A stretch of 64,000 nucleotides of DNA from the human T2T-CHM13v2.0 reference genome, Homo sapiens, in the NCBI RefSeq assembly GCF_009914755.1, contig NC_060932.1. One strand, given 5' to 3'. A program made the position numbers and the translations under genes. The notes beneath the pieces are model-generated. The model made no database searches. It was not told where the DNA came from and was given only the letters and a program-made list of their open reading frames with translations. Shown here piece after piece: positions 42,471 to 57,275 of the stretch; position 1 is the first letter of the stretch, and each line of letters begins with the position of its first letter.

Positions 42471-43367
42471 AGAACAATCGACTTTTTTGCCCTAGTCTAC
42501 TTCTTGGTAGTACTAAAACTTGCAATTCCCTATCTTTTGTTGAATATACTTAAGGATAATTTACTAGGCACAACTGACAATAACATAACTCACTTTCAAG
42601 AAGCACAGGTACATAGACACTTCCCTCTTGAGAGAAAATCATACTGACACAAATGTAAGTTTAAGAAAATAATATCTTAAATTTTATAAACTGAAAAAAA
42701 TGTACTAATATCTCCTCACAGAATATTGTACAGACATATACTTAATATATTACTTTACTCATTATTACATTCCTTTGGTTAAAATACTGTAAAATATGAA
42801 GGAATCAACAAATATTATTTCCTTCCTCTTTCCTACTCTGCCTATTTTTCACCATGATTCCCTCCCTTTTGCACACCGTTCTCTGCTGCAGTGTTAACAA
42901 ACATGTTACAATCTCAGTAGTAGGCAAACTCTTTGAATTCTGATGTTTCTTCCCATTTATTTTATATAACATGTGTTGACAAAGCATACATCTATTAAAA
43001 ATTCATGTACTCCAGTTATTTTGGTATGATCACTTTGATGACTAAATTATAATAGATTGATGTAATGCTTTTAGTAATATGAACATAAAAATGTTCTGAC
43101 CTTGAGATTATAATGAACAATGATTGGCACAGTTTACTATTGTACATAACCTGTTATAATGCAAAATGTACTCTGATTATAATTATCATATGTTGAAAAA
43201 ATAGAAAATGACTTTTTTCTGGCTCTATAATGAATTAATAAAATTTACCTCTGCTACTTCTGGTGATTTATACTCATATTGGAGTCACCACAGGGGCAAG
43301 ATCAAGACAGGATCAGAGTCCTTTCTGATTTTATCTGTGGAAGTTAGGATTTTATTTTACTCTTTGT

Positions 43368-43618
43368 TTTTAAGAGACAGAGTCTTGCTCTGTCACCCAG
43401 TCTAGAGTGCAGTGGCACAATCATGGCTCACTGCAGCCTTGACCTCCTGGGTTCAAGTGATCCTCCTATCTCGGCCTCCTAAGTAGCTGGGACCACAGGT
43501 GTGCACCACCATGTCTGTCTAATTTTTTAAAGATGTTGCCCAGCCTGGCCTCAAGCAATCTTCCTGCCTCAGCCTCCCAAAGTGCTCAGATAACAGATGT
43601 GAACCACCATGCCTGGCC
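43368..43618 (-). mobile_element. AluJ with internal deletions
   Basis: gagacagagtcttgctctgtcaccc...catggctcactgcagccttgacctcctggg...accaccatgcctggcc. Confidence 0.92.
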
Positions 43619-44744
43619 TGTTTTACTCATCATTATACAGAGTCTATCTGACTTAACCTCCATGGCCTGTTTAAATAATTTTCTTAGGTTTTTGTTCTTC
43701 CTTCAAGTATTAACACAGTGTAGTAACTGGAGTTGGCTAAAATAAGTTAAAATGGTTTCAATTGGGTTAAAATATATTAATTACCTGCTAATTAATCAGC
43801 TTTGACACTAAAGAACTTAAACTGCTTTTTAAATAAGCACAATAATGCTAATTTGTGGAAATTCTTTACTCTTATTTTGATTATTTTTTCTGAGTTTACA
43901 ACATGTGTAGCCAAACTATGGTTAAGATCAAGTAAATAGAATCTTCCATTAAAACATTATTGAGTAACTATGTATAGAATTTGATACAGTTTACAAGGCC
44001 CTAAAAACACATCTAACAATTTTTGTTACATTAATTAATATGCATATGTATAGAAATCACTGTGATTGTCAATAAAATTGACTTGTGGAATAAGAGCAAG
44101 AGAGTTATTATTTCTCATTCTCTACTAATGCTTTAGGCACCACTAATATTAAAATCGTATTTAAATTTGGTAGATATTTTAATTAGGATTTTATTATTTA
44201 CATTTACAAATGGCCTAATTATATATACATGTCTCTAGATAATATTCATTACTTGATAATGAATTAAGATTAATAATTTCCAAATTAATAATAGAGAAAT
44301 AAAGTAGGAGTAATATATAAATTTGACCCTTCAAGTTCCCTTAATACAAAAGAAGTGCAGACATAATGCAAATATTCCTTTGCGAACTAGACAAAATGTT
44401 TTGGGAATTAAAGACTTTTATTACAAAGGTGAAACTTCTTTGTAGCATCTGCATATTAATGTATCTTATTGCCTTTATGTTGCTGTTCTTTTTGTTAGTT
44501 GCAGTCTGGCAGATACAAAATGTAGAATATTTAAGTCTCCTTCAGGAACAATATGAGGTCCTTAAAAATGAGGACAATAAAGTTAAGCAGGACATCTGGG
44601 AACATGAAGAATGTGACAAGGTGATCAGAATGCTCTATCAAAATGCGAACAATGAAGAAAGATTGCTAATGACTCCCTAAAACAGACTTACTGAATGACA
44701 TAAAGTTAAAATACCAAACAGAATGAAAACTGTTTCTTTCCCTG

Positions 44745-44930
44745 GCTCATCCATAGCATTCATCTTCTGGCATTGTTGTTTCACATTTCTGTATTCCTCA
44801 CAAAATTTTGAGCTATTTGAGGACAAGGTCTGCATGTTGTTTTTCATTTTTCTTTCTTTTTCTTATGGCTTATTATACAATGTCCAACACATAATGAATA
44901 CTGAATTAGTATTTTGAATAAATAAGTTAA
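44745..44930 (+). mobile_element. L2 3' end
   Basis: ttgagctatttgaggacaaggtctgc...tgtccaacacataatgaatact...ttgaataaataa. Confidence 0.65.
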
Positions 44931-45556
44931 TGTTCTGCTACACACATCTTCTACTGAAATAATAAGCATTGGTCAATTGGAAAGAAGTGATTTATAAATA
45001 CACAATCAGGGAGAATTGGCAGAGTTCAAAGTATTCTTTTGAGTACTCTAAGTTACTGACTTGGGCAGATGTTACAAAATTGTGTGACAAAAATTACTTA
45101 GATGCACCCTAAGATTTAGGGACCACTCCATGTAACTGATGAAATTGCATCTTGGATATTAGACTAAAAGTGAGAATATCAGAATTGAACATGTCCCAGA
45201 AAGAATTGGGAAGAAATATAAGTATTAATATACCCAGATTAAATCTGAATTATATATGTAAAGACTGACTGAGCTATATCCAGGTTTTTCTATTTGTTGT
45301 TTCCTGTATTGTTTGATTTGGCCAATTATGATGACAACAATGTTGGTAATGACAATGAAAATGATGATGATGATGATGAGTGTGTGGTGATTCACAGAAA
45401 TACGATTTACTTTGATAACATACAAACTGCTGTGATAATTTAACAGGTAATGCAGCAATAATTTCCTCTAATCTTGTTGAGAAAATAGTATGTATTAATT
45501 TTCCATGTCTACACATGTAGCAGTTTAGTAATCTAAAGCTTAAAAATAGGATGTAA

Positions 45557-45850
<294 letters not shown>

Positions 45851-46227
45851 AGGATGTAAACTAGGATAATAATTTAGTCTAGAAAAATCAAAGCACAAAA
45901 AGAATTAAATTCTGGTTTGGGGGACAGGGATATTTCCCAGAGGATTTAAGTTTCCCCTTAGCCTTTTAAAATTGAGTATAATTCTTTTTTGTGAATATGC
46001 CATTGCCCATGGTCTTGCCTTTATGTAGTCTTAAGCCTCCCAAACTGGATTTTACTAAAAAAAAAAAAAAAAAAATTGGAGCTAGAATGAATACTTACCT
46101 AATTTGTGAATCTGGTACAGTAAATCAATGTGTCTATTTATTGATTTGACATAAGGTGTATTACTGAAGCATGGAATAAAATTCTCCTGATGATATAAAC
46201 AGTCCATTATTTCTCTATAGAGGAGAG

Positions 46228-46680
46228 TGAGTTAGCTCAAGTTCCTCAGAAATAGACCCTGAAATAAAGATTTGGATGCATGTGGTTGATTAAGAAGCTG
46301 TTCTCAAAGAAATGAGTAAGGGAAAGATGATATGGGACAGGAAAGTAGGGGACTACTGGGTCTCCAGGGGCATCCCATGATGTTTGGAGCGTAAGTTAAG
46401 CGTCAAAATTGTCTCATCCCAAGCGATGTAGGCAGGGCTTCCATGCTTCTGCACCTGTCAATCACTAGCTCAGACTCATTCCTCTAGGGACAAAAAATCT
46501 CAGGCAATTTTGTTCTCCATGCATGCAGTTAAGTAAGGGTCAGGGGGCCTTGGGTAGTCTTTCAAAAATAACAAGTTACAGGTACAGGCTGCTGGAAGCA
46601 AAACCACATCAAAGTTTTGAGGATATACACAATGTTTTAAAAGAACCCAACAGTATCTGGACAGACTACCAACATAGTCA
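46228..46680 (-). mobile_element. LTR16-like ERVL LTR
   Basis: ttcctcagaaatagaccctgaaataaagatttggatgcatgtggttgatt resembles the LTR16 reverse terminus. Confidence 0.55.
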
Positions 46681-47477
46681 GCTCCACAGACATGTGTGGG
46701 AAGCTAAATCATGTTTTGTTTATAAAACAAAACAAAACAAAACAAACAAAACACTGCAACAAAATTGTTCATGAAAGTCTAGATCATTTCATATTTTGGG
46801 GTTAAGAGCTCAAGACATCAGCACGTATAGGAAGGATGCTCTTTCCCATAAGGGAAGAATATTTAAAGAGCTAGTTGCCAATGTTTCCCAACTTCTGAAA
46901 AGATCTGGATAAATCAGGAAAATATTTGCCTTTGTGATTATATATAATTGTTATTTCACTTTTTTCTGTTTCTCTTTTCTCTTTCCTTTCTCTCTCTCTC
47001 TTTCTTCTCTCTTTCTCTTTTTCTTTCTTTCTTTTTGCATAAGTCAATCTTCTCCAGATTAACTTGTTCTGCCTTTGGGACTGTCAATAATTTAAATCAG
47101 AATGCAGTCAAGTTTATCAGGTGAGAAATTTATCCCATAGTTTTAACATATCACTGAATTTCTTTTAATTTTACAACTTAACATTCAAAGGGAAAAATTG
47201 ATTCCAAGTTTTTGGTTGGGGCCTGCTATAGTGTTCAAATACTAACAACAGATACACATAACTAATGCTACCAGCAAACACTAATACACTCCATGTTATT
47301 AATTTTTGTATAATTGTGCATAAATGTAATTAAACAATTTAGTTATTTTACATTGACTAGAGCAAAATAAAATAAGCAAAAATATACAAAACAAAATAAA
47401 CAACAAATATAAATAGTATGAGAATTTTAATGCATGTTGCCATAAAATAAGTTATGTTAAATTAAAAAATATGCACT

Positions 47478-48690
47478 ATAAATATTTTCTCCTATTCTGT
47501 GGGTTGTCTATTTGCTCTGTTGATTATTTCTTTCACTGTGTAGAACACCTTAGTTTAATTAATTTAATTCATCTTTTTTTTTTGCATTTCCTTTTGAGGA
47601 CTTATTTATGAATTCTTAGCCTAAACCAATGTCCAGAAGAGTTTTTCATAGGATTTTAATAGTTTCGGGCCTTACATTTAAGTCTTTAATCCACCTTAAG
47701 TTAAGCTTTGTATATAGTGAGTGATAGGGGTCCAGTTCCACTCTTCCATATATGGATATCCAATTATCCCAGCACCATTCATTGAATAAGTGTCCTACAA
47801 AAGGCTAATATCCAGAACCTACAAGGATCTCAAACAACTCAACAAGAAAAAAACCAAATAACTCCATTAAATAGTAGGCAAAGAATATGAAAAAAACATT
47901 TTTCAAAGATATGCAAATGTCAAGCAAATATGAAAAAATGTTTAACATCACTAATCATCAGAGAAATGCAAATGAAAATCACCGTGAGATACCATCTTAT
48001 AGCAGAGAAAATGGTTATTCTTAAAAAGTTAAAAAACACCAGATACTGGCAAGGATGTGGAGAAAAGGGAGCAATTATTCACTGATGGTGGGAACGTATA
48101 TTCGTACAACCTCTGTGGAAAACACAATGGAGATTTCTCAGAGAAATAGAACTCTCCTTTGACCCAGCAATCCCACCACTGGGTATCTACCAAAGGAAAT
48201 ATAAATTATTACATAAAAAAGACACCTGCACCTGTGTGTGTATCACAGCATTATTCACAATAGCAAAGTCATGCAGTCAATCTAAGTGTCCCTTGACAAT
48301 GACTGGAAAATAAAGTGTGGTGTATATATGCTATGGAATATCACATAGCCATGAAAAAGAATGAAATCATGTCTCTTGCATCAATATGAATGAATCTGGA
48401 GGGCATTATGCTTATTAAAATGACTCAGAAAATTAAAAACCACATATTCTCAGTTATAAGTGGGAGCTAAACAAGGGGTACACATGGACATACAGAGTAG
48501 AATAATGGACACTGCTCCTCCAAATGGTGGGAGGATTGCAGGTCTGAGGGATGAAATACCACCTATTGGGCGCAGAGTGCGCTATCCAGGTGATGGGTAC
48601 ACTAAGAGTTCAGAGTTCACCGCTACACAACATATCCATGTAACACAACTGCACTTGTATTCCTAAATCCATAAAAATAAGCAATTTAAT
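47478..48690 (+). mobile_element. 5'-truncated, 5'-inverted L1PB4-like LINE-1
   Basis: ~47478-47795 antisense ORF2; ~47797-48690 sense ORF2 end plus L1PB4-type 3'UTR (gggtacacatggacatacagagt...gggtacactaa...atccatgtaacac); TSD aaaaatatgca at 47465-47475 and 48695-48705. Confidence 0.92.
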
Positions 48691-48749
48691 TTTTAAAAAT
48701 ATGCATATATAAACTTATAGTTTCAATTTTCTCCTGTTTAAAAACTTTA

Positions 48750-49340
48750 CACTTTCTGGTTCTAGCTATGTTGGCATTAACTCTCACTCTAAACACTGGA
48801 GCCCTGGATAAAACGGATGACAGCACTGTTTAAAGGAACCAAACAGCGAGTGGCACAGGGTCCTCATGCGTGGAACTGTGAAAAGAAATGAGGCTACCCA
48901 GACTGTCTGCTGCTCTCAGGAGGCATGTTCCTCTGGGCCTCTGCGCAGGGTGAGGATCCCACCCAGAGAGGCTAAGTGCCTGGTCCTGAAAGAGTGGCGG
49001 AGGTGTAGTCAGGAAAAAGGAAGTGGAAAGAATGTGAATGGCAGAGTAACAAAGGGAGGGAACTCTGCAAGGAAAGAAGCCCACAAATGTGCATGAAGGA
49101 TCCCTAAAATGTGCCCTGTTACACAAAGTCCCACATGAGTAGAGTGAACATCAGGTGGCAAGGCGACGAAAGGCCTAGGAACTATAATGACGCCGTGAGC
49201 TCATGCAGACTGGAAGAGGTTTGGGTTCTGATTATGCGGTGAGGTTAAGGCCCCTTCCTTGTTCAACTCTGTGCTTTAGGGACAGACTCTGGAAAGTTAC
49301 TAGTGGAGCTAACCTATTCCTCCCCAAGCTGAATTGAAAA
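48750..49340 (+). mobile_element. Old L1M 5'-end fragment
   Basis: actttctggttctagc...ctggataaaac...aagaaatgagg...gcgcagggtgagg resembles L1MC/MD 5' ends. Confidence 0.55.
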
Positions 49341-49479
49341 GTAAGCCTTGGACGACTTTCGTTTAAATTAATATGACTTTCTTAAAAAGAATCCAGTGAT
49401 CTAAATTCCGCGTTACCAATAATTTTCAATCTGTAAGAGCTTTTTGGTTCTTATTTTATCTTTCTTAATATTCACATTT

Positions 49480-49648
49480 TCTTTATTTCTTTTGTTTTGT
49501 TTTATTCTTGAGACAGGGTCTTGCTCCGTTGCTCAGGCTGGAGTGCAGTTGATGCTCATTGCAGACTTGAACTCCTGGGCTCAAACCACCCTCCCACCCT
49601 GGCCTCCCACAGTGAGGGGATTACAGGCGTGAGCCACCAAGCCCAGTC
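49480..49648 (-). mobile_element. Alu monomer (FRAM/FAM-like)
   Basis: Single arm gagacagggtcttgctc...ggattacaggcgtgagccacc; TSD-like aatattcacattt / agtattcccattt. Confidence 0.8.
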
Positions 49649-50365
49649 AGTATTCCCATTTTCCTATTTAACATTATCCTGCTCTGTAGCTGGATGTCAT
49701 TCTGCCTTTCTGCTGACATTTTTAGTAGAAAAATACCTTTTATCTTTGCTATTTAATCTATTTCTCACCTTGTTTGTCAACAAATTATAGAGTAAAATAG
49801 AGGTTTTCCTTACTGGAGCCACATTAACTTAAAATAATAAATGATATATTGTTATTATGAATATTTATTTTGATAAAAGTCAATGAATTTGATTATTTTT
49901 GGAAAAGTCTCTATCAAAAATACTTCCTTTCCATTATAGTTCACAACAGACATGAATCTCAGCATGATGTATGAATTCTTGCTTTAGTACTAGAAAGTGC
50001 TGGCATAATCACCATACACACAGTGTCATTCCTTTTTTCATTACCTGTGAAACTATAATTATGGAAAATATTGTGTTTGCCTATGCATAACATTTCCCAA
50101 GTGAGAGATAAATGTCTAGAATTCTGCCTGGTACACTTATGTTTCATCTGGAATATTATCATGTTTATTGAGTATAATGTGAGCAGGGGTGGCTGTGTAT
50201 AAAAATCAAGGCCGTGCATTTTTCTCTAAATTTAATTAATCACACAAAAGCATAGTTCTCTATTTCAAAATATAAATGAAAAGAAATTACAATCTCCCAT
50301 TCTAAAAATCATCTTAAAAATCTTTTGAACAAAAATATCTAACACATTTTTTTTAAAAGAGCAGA

Positions 50366-50717
<352 letters not shown>

Positions 50718-51214
50718 TTAATGAATCATCACGCCAGGAAACCAGCATCTAGTCCAAGAAATTGGGTAGCGCTCAGTAAATTATGGTCCCAGTCACTGTA
50801 CCTTTTTTCCTCCCTTAGAGAGAGTACCTACCAGTATAATTTATAAAACTCTAGTCTACTAGTTTTAGGCTTCATAGAAATGGGAACATACACCATACAG
50901 GCTTTTGTTTCTGTCTTCTTTTATTCAATATTGTGTTTCTTGAAATTTATACACATTGTATGTATAGCTGAGTTTCATTTTCATTGCTGTATAGCATTCA
51001 GTTGTATAATTTTACCACAGTTTACTTAAACTATGTACAGTTGATAAACATTTGGATTATTTTAACGTTCAGATTTTACAAAAACTGTCAATAGCAATAT
51101 TGTAAGCTATGTTGGTTGGTGAATTTATATTTGCTTTTTTCTTGGGTATATAACTAGAAGAGAGGTTATTGGATCAGTTGCTATGTATAAATTCTACCTT
51201 AGGCTAGGTTGTTC

Positions 51215-51577
51215 GTTCCTTCCTTCCTTCCTTCCTTCTTTCCTTCCTTCCTTCCTTCCTTCCCTCCTTCTTTCCTTCCTTCCTTCCTTCCTTCCTTCCT
51301 TCTCTTCTTGACAAATTCTTGGTCTGTTGCCCAAGCTGGAGTGCAGTGGCACAATCTCGGCTCACTGTAATCTCCCAGCTCAAGTGATTCTCATGCCTCA
51401 GCCTCCCAAGTAGCTGGGATTGCAGGCATGCACCACCACACCCAGCTAATTTTTTTTTTTTTTTTTTGTGGAAATGGGTTTTTGCCATGTTGGCCAGGCT
51501 GGTCTCAAACTCCTGGCCTCAAGTGATCCACCATCCCAAGGTGCTGGGATTAAAGGCGTGAGCCACCGTGTCCTGGT
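51215..51577 (-). mobile_element. Alu with (TTCC)n-converted tail
   Basis: (ttcc)n at ~51216-51300, then gctggagtgcagtggcacaatctcggctcactg...ggcgtgagccaccgtg. Confidence 0.93.
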
Positions 51578-52218
51578 TGTACTGATTTATATTTCTGCTG
51601 GTAGCATATAAGTATTTCAAATAAATGAATAGCCTTTCCTATTCTTGTTAATTGATTTATCCATTTTAAGGAATATAGCATTATACCTAATTGTAGGTTT
51701 AATTGATATTTTCCTGATTACTAAAGAGTTTGAGAAATTTTAAAGTTCTTACTATTAATTAATTTGTATATTCCTTTATTTTTAGTACTGTTTATGTCTA
51801 ATTTAAGAAAAAGCAATGCTAACCTAAGATCATGAAATTCTTTCCCTGTATTATCTTCTGAAAACTTTATCATTTTTCATTTCAAAATTAGATCTTCAAT
51901 CCACTGTTATTTAATTATTTGCATGCTGTGGGTGGGGGTGATTTCATTTCTTTTCAGAAAGGTATACTATTGACACCACACTTTCATGAAGGCCAGCCCT
52001 TTCCACACTTCTCTGTTCAGCTTCCTCTTTTGGAAGGTTAAGTGTTCACCTATGTGTATTTCTGTTTTTGGACTCTCTGTCTCATTGTTCTGTATTTCTA
52101 AATCTTCCCACCAATACTGTATCTGTATCATATAGAATTCCACAGTTTTATAATAAAGTCTTGGTATGTAGAAAGCTAGAAAGCAACCCTCTAAATTTGT
52201 CTTTACTCTTAATGGCAT

Positions 52219-52640
52219 TGAGATGGACAGAATAAGGGTCTCCACCAAACATGTCCAAGTCCTCAATTCCATAACTTGTAACTATGTTATTTTACATAAC
52301 AAAATGAAACTTTCTGGGTGTGACTGAATTAAGTTTCTGAGAAAGAATTATCTGGGTTGGCACAATGTAATCATAGCAATCCTTACAAGAGAGAGGCAAG
52401 AGAGTCAGTTCAGAAAAGGACAGGAGTGATGTGGGGCCATGAGCCAAGGAGTGTGGGCAACCTCTAGATTTTGGAAAAGGCAAAGAATGCATTCTCCCTT
52501 CGTGCCTCTGGATGGAAGGCAACTATGGTGACATCACGATTTTAGGGCTTCTTACTTCCAGAAGGGTAAGTGAATAAACTCATATCATTTTATTCTGTTA
52601 TGTGTGTTAATTTGTTACTGTGGCATAGGAAACTAATACA
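52219..52640 (+). mobile_element. MLT1D/C-like MaLR solo LTR
   Basis: cagaataa...aatgtaatca...gagccaaggagtgtgggcaacctctaga...ggaaaaggcaa...aatttgttac...ataggaaactaataca. Confidence 0.88.
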
Positions 52641-53324
52641 CATCTTTGCTTTTATTATAACATTTTTATATATTTATAAATTTGAAATTGTATTGTCAAA
52701 TTCCAAAAAACTTTTATAGGGAACTGTTAGAATTTTGGTGAGGATTGCATTAACTCTGTGGACCCAGTTTGAAAAAAACTAGGTATTGAAATTTCTAATC
52801 TATAAACATGGTATCACAAACAATTTATTTTGTATTTTTTTAAAGTTCTCCCAAATTGAGTGTAGTTTATTAGTTTTTTTATTACTGGTGACCAATTCTG
52901 CAAGTTTTAATTTGTCTGACATTGTGATTATTTAACCTTCATTGTTACATAATATTTCCCTGTTCTAAATTCTAGTTTGTCCTACTTTTCCTTTAGTACT
53001 TTGAAATATACTTTTATTCTCTTCTGGCTTACATTATTATTTTTGAAAATCCAGCAATTAGTCTAATTTTTCCTCTTGATCCTGACTTTTATTTCCTCCT
53101 GCCTTTCTTGACAATTCCTCTAATTTCTTTTTTCTGTTTTTTTAGCAATTTAACTATGAGGTGCCTAGGTGTGATTCTCTTTGAATACAATCTACTGTGA
53201 TTCAGATGCCTTCCTAAATTTGTTGCTTGATAGTTTTCAGTAGTTTTGGAAAGTTCTCCTCCTTTATTTCCTCAATATGTTTTTTGCCTTATTATTTCTC
53301 CCTACTTTTCTAGAACTCCAAATG

Positions 53325-53326
<2 letters not shown>

Positions 53327-53371
<45 letters not shown>

Positions 53372-53373
53372 AC
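53327..53373 (+). repeat. (CA)n microsatellite
   Basis: Direct reading; it produces the HTHTHT ORFs. Confidence 0.97.
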
Positions 53374-54766
53374 ATATATGTGTATATTTATTTATAATGT
53401 ACATATGTGTATGTATATATCATGCTTATGATTCTGTTCCTTTATCCTCTACGCCTTTTGTATGCCTTTCTGCATTTTCTGGCTTTTTGTTTTGTCTTGA
53501 AGCAGTTGTTTTTATAGATGTTCAGCCATTTATTTCTTTCTAGTTCTCTTCTTTGAAAGAACATCTATAACTAAGCTAAAGAGAATTTAGCCTATAGATA
53601 TTTCATATCAATTTTTTTCTCAAGTTTCCAAGCTCTGTAACTCAGCTTATTCTTCATCCAGAATGAATTAATATTTTAAATTTTATTAAAAATAATTTAC
53701 GACCTCTTCAACATCATTTTCCAGAATAATACAATAATATGAGCATTAATTTTAAGGTAAATATTTTTAAAAATGTTATGAAGAGTGGAAATGCAAGCTT
53801 TATGTATATTTAAGCATGATTGAGAGTAGCATTGAAAAGTCTGTGAGAATGGGAGAAACACCTATTATTGCAAGCTCAGTAAATAGCTCTTGAATAGGCA
53901 TTTTTTTCTAATTCTAAAGACATCATGGAATATTTTAACAATAATCCTATTGGAAATTACTGACTAACTATGGGAACATTTGAGTACATATGCAGTTATA
54001 GGGCTTACTATATACACCTTACTTTGAAATATAGCTTTGGAAAACATTGTAAGACTACAGTAGATTGAACACAAAGAGGATCAGGATTTATTAAAGAAAA
54101 AAATAAAAAATCCAAAACAAGAAATATATTACTATCTCAAGAATATCAGGCTTTTAAAACATTTCTATTGCTTTCTATAAGAATTAAATAAAGAAAGCTC
54201 TTTATTAATAGACAACAAAATCCCTAAATAAACCAATTTATTGAGCAAATAGACAAATTGATAACTTGATTTTTTACTTTAAAATTTAAAATTTAATTTA
54301 ATTTAAGGAAATAAGGTGATTCTGAAAAAGTTTTGTGAGAAGGAAATGTGACAATATTTTCTATTTTGCAGAAATTGTTTTACTATAACTTACCAGTGGT
54401 ACAAAACATACCTTTTTGCCACCACAGAATGATATTTGCTGGAGAGCATTTCACTTGCAATATACACCTTCATCTAGTTTTATAAGGGAAAACTTTGGAA
54501 TGTTTAAATGTATTTAAATAAGACTAATTGAGCTTGATCTATCTCAGCTGCTGTTAATTGGTGGACATGTCTCTGAAAAGTAAACTATATAAAAGTGTAG
54601 ACAGTGAATATAATCCAATTATTTGTAGAAAGCATATACTGAAACATTGTTAATTTCCAATAGAATTGTCGTTTATCAAACATGCCCTCATACTTTACCA
54701 TAATTACCATACTATTCATGTTATATGCATTCTTTGGGTGGTAGTCAATGGGGCAGGATATAATAA

Positions 54767-55074
<308 letters not shown>

Positions 55075-55754
55075 AATAAAGAGATAATCTTTTACAAGTT
55101 TAAAGATTTTTCATTTCCAGAGAATGCATGACGTCCAGGTTGTATGACAGCTTACATTCAGATGTGTAGTTGATATCTCCAACAAGGGAAAAGGTATTTT
55201 TCTAAAATTGTGAGAACCAGATATGTGAGGCAACCTGACAATAAGACTTGGTGATATCCTTTCGTATGACACTATGAACTCATATTTTTCTTCTGATATT
55301 CAAAACCGTCAAACCCATTCATGCAGCCCCATGTGGCCCAGCTATCTGACCTGGCCTAGCAGAGAAAAGGGCTCTTCCAGTACATTAAGGACACAGCCTC
55401 ATGCAGGAGAGCCAGGCCACAGCTGAAGTGCACTGTGAGTGCGCACTGTTCTCTGCTGGATTTTCCTGAGGGAATGTGACTAAAAAGAAGTTTGGGAAGC
55501 ACTTTATTTTGTTTTCTTCTGCTAATTAGTTAGTTGCTTGGACCATGGTTGTCATATTTGGATCATTCATGTCTTTTGAGTCTTTTGAGTTTCTTAGTAG
55601 GCAATTAGCACATTGTTCAATAAATAGTGATATTCTCAGACCTTTATTGTTTTGACTGCTGAAGAAAAATGCTCTAGGGATAATATAAAATTTTACTCAA
55701 TTTGAATAACAGATATGATGTAAAACTTAATATGTTTAATATTCCAGGCATCTC

Positions 55755-55962
55755 GAGGGGAACATCACACACCAGGGCCTGTCGTGGGGTAGGGGGCTAG
55801 GGGAGGGATAGCATTAGGAGAAATACCTATTGTAGATGACGGCTTGATGACTGCAGCAAACCACCATGGCACGCTTATACCTATGTCACAAACCTGCACG
55901 TCCTGCACATGTATCCCAGAATTTAAAGTATAATAATACAAAAAAGTGTATATAAAAAAAAA
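55755..55962 (+). mobile_element. Short L1PA6/7-like 3'UTR insertion
   Basis: gaggggaacatcacacacc...ggctaggggagggatagcattaggagaaatacc...; TSD attccaggcatctc (55741-55754) / atcccaggcctctc (55963-55976). Confidence 0.93.
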
Positions 55963-57275
55963 ATCCCAGGCCTCTCTTTAAGATAAAATCTAAAACTCTG
56001 TAGCCTAAAATACATATTTAGAAATATAACCTTGATCAAAACCAGGATAAAAGCATATATATATTATACACAGAAAATGATTTAGTATTAGATATGTGCC
56101 TCTGATACATTAGATGTGTTATCTCATCTGTATCTATAAATAAATGTAATCTATATTTAAAATCTTATATAATGTATTAAGAATTAGCTCTTTGCTGAAT
56201 TCAGGATTTTCTTAAACACGATATGATATGACTGAGAGACACAGGAAGATGTGTGTGTTACTTTATGGCAGGCAAACAATAAAATAAAACTCAGAGCAGG
56301 ACCCAAAAAGATTCTCAGCGACTGAGTTTCTAAGGTCTTCATAGCCTATTTAAAATGGCAAGAGACTGTCACTGTCTGCTATCTGTGATGATCCTGTACA
56401 GCCTTTTCAGATAAATTATGTTTGCTTTTTTTAAGAGTATTTTTATGCTCTGACTCCTACGAATGTCCTGGAGAAACTGGCTATGCCTCATTCTGAGGCC
56501 AGAGAAGCCCAGCACCTTCTAAGTGTGCGTTGTCCTGACCATATTAGCCACCCATTCATCCTGCAGGCCCAAGGCCAGCCTGCCAAGCCAAGTCCTGATT
56601 AAACATAGTTGTAATGTTGCCTGCAATCAACCATGGCACAAAAAGTATCAGAAAAGGAAGAGGAAGCTGTCAGGAATTGGCTTTCAGCAACGGATTTGTA
56701 TAGCTAGAGCCAAGTCTTTTATTATTCAAGTAAAAGAGAAAGCCACCACCTACCCTTGGACCATTCATCTAAGATCTACATTGGAAAATGGATGGAGATT
56801 TATTAATTTTCTACTTTCTTTTCCCCAAGCTCCACTTTGAACAATATTGTAAAGGTATTATGTGTAAGATTCACTAGAATTAGAGTAGAACAAAAAAGTG
56901 GATCATCTATGAAATCCTCAATTATTGCCATGTTTTTAGATGCTGTAACATTAGTTCTCCAGCTGATTTATCTTAAACAATCACCTTTCATAAAGCACCT
57001 CCAATATGAATATTCTTATAAAAAGAACAAAAGGCCATAAGAATACAAAATCAATAAATGAGGTTTGTTGAAGAAGGAGATAAAGGCCTTGTTATCTTTA
57101 AATATCTATTCAGTATCCCTTCTGTACTATATGCAAAAAGCACAGTATCTGCTCCCTAAAAGCTTACATATTAAGTCATTCATTTTTTACCAACTTCCTG
57201 TGAAGTTTATTTAGCCTAATAATATAAAATTCTATAAGTATGTTAAACAAAATCATCATTCATGTTATTGGCTTT

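Noticed and set aside
46057-46075. Isolated poly(A) run as the tail of a processed pseudogene
   Set aside because: No upstream AATAAA, recognisable mRNA body or TSD; treated as a mononucleotide microsatellite.
53246-53543. His/Thr-repeat ORFs
   Set aside because: Translation of the (CA)n microsatellite.
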